Origin: Microcystis aeruginosa NIES-2549
GTDB lineage: Bacteria; Cyanobacteriota; Cyanobacteriia; Cyanobacteriales; Microcystaceae
DNA length: 32,000 bases
Direction: 5' to 3'
NCBI RefSeq assembly: GCF_000981785.2
Contig: NZ_CP011304.1
Location: 4,200,001 to 4,232,000, forward strand
Below, one piece after another: positions 27,466 to 32,000 of this stretch; positions within the stretch are counted from its first letter, which is position 1, and the number at the start of each line of letters is the position of its first letter. The notes under the pieces were generated by a model. The model was not told where the DNA came from, made no database searches, and saw only the letters and a program-made list of their open reading frames with translations. Made by a program: the position numbers and the translations under genes.

Positions 27466-27536
27466 GGAGCAGGGGGGATCGAACCTAAAATCCATTTTTA
27501 ATTTAATTATAACGAGCTACTTAAGAATAAATTTAA

Positions 27537-27570
27537 CCACTTGACAAAGTGGCCACAGCAGTGGTATTAA
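27537..27570 (+). promoter_or_regulatory. Near-consensus sigma70-type promoter with overlapping small palindromes
   Basis: TTGACA (27541-27546), an 18-nt spacer, then TATTAA (27565-27570). CCACTT-gaca-AAGTGG (27537-27552) and CCAC-agca-GTGG (27553-27564) overlap the -35 element and the spacer. This is about 110 nt upstream of ATG 27680. Confidence 0.45.
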
Positions 27571-27679
27571 TTTAGGATAGGAAGTTTTCGGGAGTCAGTC
27601 GTCGGTCGTTCATACCAAATTAGCCTACACTTCATCTTGATAAGAAAGGCTAGATTTTTTGCAGCTTCTTAGGGAAATT

Positions 27680-28279
27680 ATGACCACTAATCCTCTTAAC
27701 TCGCTCATTTTAGAGCAGATTAGTCATATCTGTGAGCAATACTCGATCGAAAGTCGTATTCTCGAAGATTTTGCCGATTTTGTCATCAAAAACCACCGTA
27801 AAAAGTCTCCCAAACCATCGTTAACTAAATCAAAAACTACAGCGACCACTACAGTTAAAAAAGTTAAACCTTTAACTCTAACGCAACTTAAACAGGCAGT
27901 TTATGCCTATTTTGAGGTTAACAATACCACAGAACTAAAAAAATCGAGTATGTTTCAAATGGCTACTAGAGCCTTTGATAATATCAATTTATCTCAGCGA
28001 GAAAGTTGGGAGGTTATCTACAGGAAATATATCGGTATTCTTCCCGAAGAAGATTACGAACAGGGGAAAGATTGTATCAACGGTATCAATATTTTTAAAT
28101 ATTTTCGTCCCTATCGTGTTTTCGATCTTGATCCAAATACTGCCAGCAAGGAAGACATTAAAAATGCCTATTATCGTCTTTCTAAGATCTATCATCCCGA
28201 TAACCAAGAAACAGGAAACTCTCACATCTTTGATCGTTTGACTGTGATGTATAAATCTATCACCACGGAGATAAAATAA
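27680..28279 (+). CDS. Protein with C-terminal J-domain (HPD motif) and an unrecognised N-terminal region
   Basis: YRVFDLDPNTASKEDIKNAYYRLSKIYHPDNQETGNSHIFDRLTVMYKSI matches J-domain helices I-III with an intact HPD. The ORF track starts at TTG 27659, and ATG 27680 follows tagggaaatt. Confidence 0.7.
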   Translation: MTTNPLNSLILEQISHICEQYSIESRILEDFADFVIKNHRKKSPKPSLTKSKTTATTTVKKVKPLTLTQLKQAVYAYFEVNNTTELKKSSMFQMATRAFDNINLSQRESWEVIYRKYIGILPEEDYEQGKDCINGINIFKYFRPYRVFDLDPNTASKEDIKNAYYRLSKIYHPDNQETGNSHIFDRLTVMYKSITTEIK

Positions 28280-28281
28280 TC

Positions 28282-29283
28282 ATGCCTCAGAAAGCAAATA
28301 CCTTCCTGATCCGGGATACCGAATTAGCTCAATGGTTTTCTATTACTCTTGAAAAACTAGAAAAAATTGTTGATATTTTTGATGCTGATCCTAATGATGA
28401 TTGGGATTTAGTTGAAGGTGTCGATTATCAATTTGTCAACAAAAAAGATAAAGTTAGAGTGTTTTCTTTTGAAGGTGCTTTAAAAATTGCTTCCTATATC
28501 GAGAAGAATGAAAAGCGAGGAATTATATACAGATTTAGAGAATTTTTTACTAAGCACGATCAAAAAATTCGTCGCTCCTTAGCACGAAAATTAATTTTTG
28601 CTGAACTCACTGACTCCGGCGAAATTCAAGTTTATAAAGGACGGCCTATGATTCATAAACAGAGTTTGCGGCGAATTTTAAAAACTAATGGAACCAAGCT
28701 AAATAAAACCGTGAATCATCTTCAGCAAAGAACTGATAAACCTCTAGAATTAGGAGTAGATTTTTACGAAGATGAAAAAAGAGAGTTTTGGTTCTCTGAA
28801 AGTGGAATAGTGATGATTTCTAAATCCATGAGTGAAACTTTGACGAATAAATCGCGCCAAGAAATGTGTAAAATGATTGCAATGGAGTTTCCTCTTGCCT
28901 TTAAAGAAATTCAGGAAAATCTAGATGACGATACCAAACAAAAAATCGAGATTGAAAAGGCTAAAAAACGAGCTAAAACTAGAGATAAAAACACTTGTCA
29001 GGTGACAGGGCAAAAACCGGATAGAAATAATAAATTTAATCTCGCTGTCCATCATCTTTACTCTGCCCAGAAATATCCCCATCTAGCGACATTAGATCTG
29101 AATTTGGTGACTATTAAAGAAGAAATTCACCAAGAATTCCACGGTAACTTAGGGGGATTTCATCAACCTTGTACCATCGAGGATTTTATCGAATTCTTGC
29201 ACGTTTACTATCCCGAACATCATGGTAATTTAGCCTTAAAACTTCAGAAAACTAAGAAAAAACTGGAAAAATTAGCTAAATAA
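28282..29283 (+). CDS. HNH (beta-beta-alpha-Me) nuclease-domain protein with a large N-terminal region, possibly two Bro-N/KilA-N-like DNA-binding repeats
   Basis: The C-terminal sequence is CQVTGQKPDRNNKFNLAVHHLYSAQKYPHLATLDLNLVTIKEEIHQEFH (C..TG...HH...N...H..FH). Two N-terminal segments end similarly (VRVFSFEGALKIASYI and FWFSESGIVMISKSM). The start is 2 nt after the J-domain gene stop. Confidence 0.7.
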   Translation: MPQKANTFLIRDTELAQWFSITLEKLEKIVDIFDADPNDDWDLVEGVDYQFVNKKDKVRVFSFEGALKIASYIEKNEKRGIIYRFREFFTKHDQKIRRSLARKLIFAELTDSGEIQVYKGRPMIHKQSLRRILKTNGTKLNKTVNHLQQRTDKPLELGVDFYEDEKREFWFSESGIVMISKSMSETLTNKSRQEMCKMIAMEFPLAFKEIQENLDDDTKQKIEIEKAKKRAKTRDKNTCQVTGQKPDRNNKFNLAVHHLYSAQKYPHLATLDLNLVTIKEEIHQEFHGNLGGFHQPCTIEDFIEFLHVYYPEHHGNLALKLQKTKKKLEKLAK

Positions 29284-29515
29284 TCATTCAATTTCGGGGG
29301 GTGAATAGCTCCAAAGTGATTATCCATTTTTTGAGGGAAAGAACGACCACATCTCATCATGAGCGATAATTAATTTATTGAAAATTTGGGTTAAAACTCC
29401 TATCTCACGAGGGACAGCCGCATCTAAATCATTGGCAACTATTGTCAACTCCGCCCATAGTATATATGATAGTTGAACTCTAATTTAGGATCTAGCTGGG
29501 TCTAGAGAGGATAAT

Positions 29516-30574
29516 ATGGATAAGATCAAGGTAGGATTGTTGTTTGGTGGTCGATCGGGAGAACACGAGGTATCTATCAATTCGGCTCGATCGATCCTGC
29601 AAGCTTTTAATTATCCCGAAAATCTTGACAAATACGCCGTTATCCCCTTCTATATCGATAAAAATGGCTGTTGGCATTCGGCAGCAACTGCTAGACAAAT
29701 TTTAACCTCTGGGCAACCCCTAGCTATTGAGAGTGATATAAAAGTCAATATCTGGCAATTTCCCCCAGAAGTGAGCGAAATTGAGGTTTGGTTTCCAATT
29801 CTCCACGGACCGAATGGAGAAGATGGCACTTTACAAGGATTACTCACTCTCATGCGGGTTGCTTTTGTGGGTAGTGGGGTCCTGGGTTCATGCCTAGGCA
29901 TGGATAAAATTGCCATGAAAACTGCTTTTGCAGCCGCTGGATTACCCCAAGTTAAGTATAAGGCTATAACCCGCTCGCAAGTGTGGTCAAATGCCTGTGT
30001 TTTTCCGCAATTGTGCGATCAAATCGCCGAGGAAATAGGTTATCCTTGTTTTATTAAACCGGCTAATTTAGGTTCTTCGGTGGGTATTAGTAAAGCTCGC
30101 AACCGGCAAGAATTAGAGGCTGCTTTAGATAGTGCTGCTAGTTATGATCGACGGATTATTGTTGAAGCAGGAGTAACCGCAAGGGAGATCGAATGTGCGG
30201 TTTTAGGTAATGATAATCCCCAAGCTTCTTTGGTGGGAGAAATTACTTTTGATAGTGATTTTTATGACTATGAAACTAAATATACTGACGGGCGATCGAG
30301 TATGGTGATTCCCGCTAATATTCCCGATAAAATTGCTAATCAAGTGCGAGAAATGGCTGTAGAAGCATTTAAAGCTGTGGATGCTGCGGGATTGTCGCGG
30401 GTGGATTTTTTCTATGTGGAAAAGACTGGGGAAGTGTTCCTCAATGAAATTAATACTCTGCCGGGGTTTACTAATTTTAGTATGTATCCCCAACTCTGGA
30501 AAGCCACCGGTTTAGAGTTTGATAAATTGGTCGATAAGTTGGTACAATTAGCCTTAGAAAGACAGGAAAAATAA
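29516..30574 (+). CDS. ddl: D-alanine--D-alanine ligase
   Basis: [36 protein letters not shown], and the ATP-grasp C-terminus [20 protein letters not shown]. Confidence 0.95.
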   Translation: MDKIKVGLLFGGRSGEHEVSINSARSILQAFNYPENLDKYAVIPFYIDKNGCWHSAATARQILTSGQPLAIESDIKVNIWQFPPEVSEIEVWFPILHGPNGEDGTLQGLLTLMRVAFVGSGVLGSCLGMDKIAMKTAFAAAGLPQVKYKAITRSQVWSNACVFPQLCDQIAEEIGYPCFIKPANLGSSVGISKARNRQELEAALDSAASYDRRIIVEAGVTAREIECAVLGNDNPQASLVGEITFDSDFYDYETKYTDGRSSMVIPANIPDKIANQVREMAVEAFKAVDAAGLSRVDFFYVEKTGEVFLNEINTLPGFTNFSMYPQLWKATGLEFDKLVDKLVQLALERQEK

Positions 30575-30631
30575 GGTTAAATTACCACCATTTCTAGGAT
30601 AGGAATTACCTATCCTAGAGATATTTATCAA

Positions 30632-31375
30632 TTAGATAGTTTCGGGATCAATGCCCAATTCTCGTAATTTTTGGGCTAATTTTTCCTTCTCCAAGATAGC
30701 TTGTTCTTTTTCTAAAATAGCCTGTTCTTTTGCCTTTCGTTCCTGTTCCTTTTCTAAAAAAATCTGTTCCTTTGCTTGTCTTTGCTCTAATTCAGCTTCT
30801 TGGGGAGTGGGAACCAATTGACCATCGACGGTAAAATAACGCAATTTACGGTCAAATATGCCTAAATATAGTTCTAATTGTTCACTCCATAAATAGCCGT
30901 TTTCATTAGCAGCAATAGCCTGATATTGTCCAGCAATTAATCTAAATCCTTGCAGTTCTAAACTTTCAGGATCAAACCAGAAATAGTTAGGAGTCCGAAA
31001 GGTATTTTGATAGAGATTTTTCTTTTTATTGCGGTCAATATTGGCCGTAGAATCGGAAAGAATCTCCACGATCACATTGGGATATTTACCCCCTTCTCCC
31101 CAGACTACCCAACTTTTACGCGGATGTTTTTCCGTATCTAAGACGACAAAAAAATCAGGACCACAAAAATCACGTTTTTTTAGTTGTTCTTCGTTATAGT
31201 AGATGGTAAGATTGCCCGAAGCATAGTAATTACTTCTTTCTTGCCATAACCTTTCTAAACAACCGATCAGAATTGTAATTTGTTGTAGATGTAGATCACT
31301 TTCCAAAGGTGGTTCATCACTCCATAAATCGGTGGGGGGACAGGTAACTTCCGGTAAAATGTCGAGAGTTGTCAT
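30632..31375 (-). CDS. Uma2-family (DUF820) putative restriction-endonuclease-fold protein with a repetitive coiled-coil tail
   Basis: PDFFVV...VIVEILSDSTANIDRNKKKNLYQN..TPNYFWFDP matches the Uma2 PD-(D/E)XK core. The C-terminal tail is KEQIFLEKEQERKAKEQAILEKEQAILEKEK. Confidence 0.85.
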   Translation of the reverse strand: MTTLDILPEVTCPPTDLWSDEPPLESDLHLQQITILIGCLERLWQERSNYYASGNLTIYYNEEQLKKRDFCGPDFFVVLDTEKHPRKSWVVWGEGGKYPNVIVEILSDSTANIDRNKKKNLYQNTFRTPNYFWFDPESLELQGFRLIAGQYQAIAANENGYLWSEQLELYLGIFDRKLRYFTVDGQLVPTPQEAELEQRQAKEQIFLEKEQERKAKEQAILEKEQAILEKEKLAQKLRELGIDPETI

Positions 31376-31441
31376 AGTTTTTCCCCGTTATACTAGCTTT
31401 GTTTAATTATAACTGTTACGCTCTTTTCTGGTCATAAAAAA

Positions 31442-32000
31442 CTAATTTTTTGTTGAATCACGAGTAAAACTGTAGATAATTTGGGTAGCTAATTGTGGTA
31501 ATTGTGATAAATCTTCATTGGACATTTTTTGACGATCTAGTTTCATTTGTAATCCCGTCATCGAATCGTCTCCGTCGGAAATTAAAAATTCTAAGCGTTC
31601 AATTTCCGACCAATCTTTAATGTCATTTAATATCTTGTCAATAACCAGAAGATAAGGATGGGAAGGATTTTTATACCAATTACTGCTGACACCCTGACGA
31701 ATATCTAAACCTAAATGTACGATCAAAGGGGCGCGATCAAAAAGGGCATTGGCTACCGGTCGGGTTTCTTCTTGGAGAGATAATTGATTAGCGCGACTTA
31801 ACTCGCGTAATTTCTCTAATTGATGATATCTTTGCGAAATTGACGGCGGATTTTCCCCCCAACTGAGAGCGATGGTGACTAGATAGGTTTGTAGGAATAG
31901 ATGCCCTAACTTTTCCGCTTTTGTGGCCAGATAATTGGAATTATAATCATTAGCCTCGATCAGCAAAGGTACTCGCTCGACTATTTGCAAACCATAGCCT
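31442..32000 (-). CDS. Hypothetical protein, probably N-terminally incomplete at the window edge
   Basis: The reading frame stays open to position 32000, and the tracked start at 31990 is a TTG. No motif recognised. Confidence 0.3.
   Translation of the reverse strand, partial: GYGLQIVERVPLLIEANDYNSNYLATKAEKLGHLFLQTYLVTIALSWGENPPSISQRYHQLEKLRELSRANQLSLQEETRPVANALFDRAPLIVHLGLDIRQGVSSNWYKNPSHPYLLVIDKILNDIKDWSEIERLEFLISDGDDSMTGLQMKLDRQKMSNEDLSQLPQLATQIIYSFTRDSTKN

Noticed and set aside
27466-27490. A possible tRNA gene or fragment on the minus strand (GGTTCGATCCCCCC).
   Set aside because: Only a T-loop-like stretch is present. The T-stem does not pair, and no acceptor, D or anticodon arms can be drawn. 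I kept it only as a possible att-like remnant in a finding.

Overview
The window looks like a cyanobacterial chromosome segment. Evidence: many GCGATCGC (HIP1) sites, heptanucleotide tandem repeats in almost every intergenic region, and hoxEF, devBCA, an OCP-CTD homolog and a Tic20-like gene. It is probably a Microcystis-like unicellular strain, but that is inference. Most genes are housekeeping: rimI, a GT4 glycosyltransferase, hoxE/hoxF, a YvcK-like gene, TetR-devBCA, tRNA-Ser(GCU), PBP2, class III ADH, SpoIID, metH and ddl. Four accessory insertions stand out. (1) Nested IS remnants lie upstream of hoxE. (2) A stand-alone IS200/IS605-type tnpB with an intact RuvC triad and zinc ribbon sits downstream of hoxF; its stop codon lies inside a subterminal hairpin 11 nt from the hoxF stop. 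(3) A PD-(D/E)XK-like gene is bracketed by roughly 95-bp direct repeats that duplicate the SpoIID leader. (4) An AT-rich island of about 2.4 kb lies between metH and ddl. It carries a tightly coupled two-gene operon, a C-terminal J-domain protein plus a large HNH-nuclease protein, behind a near-consensus promoter with operator-like palindromes. I consider item 4 the best candidate for an undescribed system. Other points: an in-frame 24-bp tandem repeat inside PBP2, a MITE-like element with 11-bp terminal inverted repeats, families of hairpin and heptamer repeat modules, and an orphan OCP C-terminal-domain homolog. I saw no CRISPR array and no rRNA. All homology calls come from reading the translated ORFs by eye; no searches were run.
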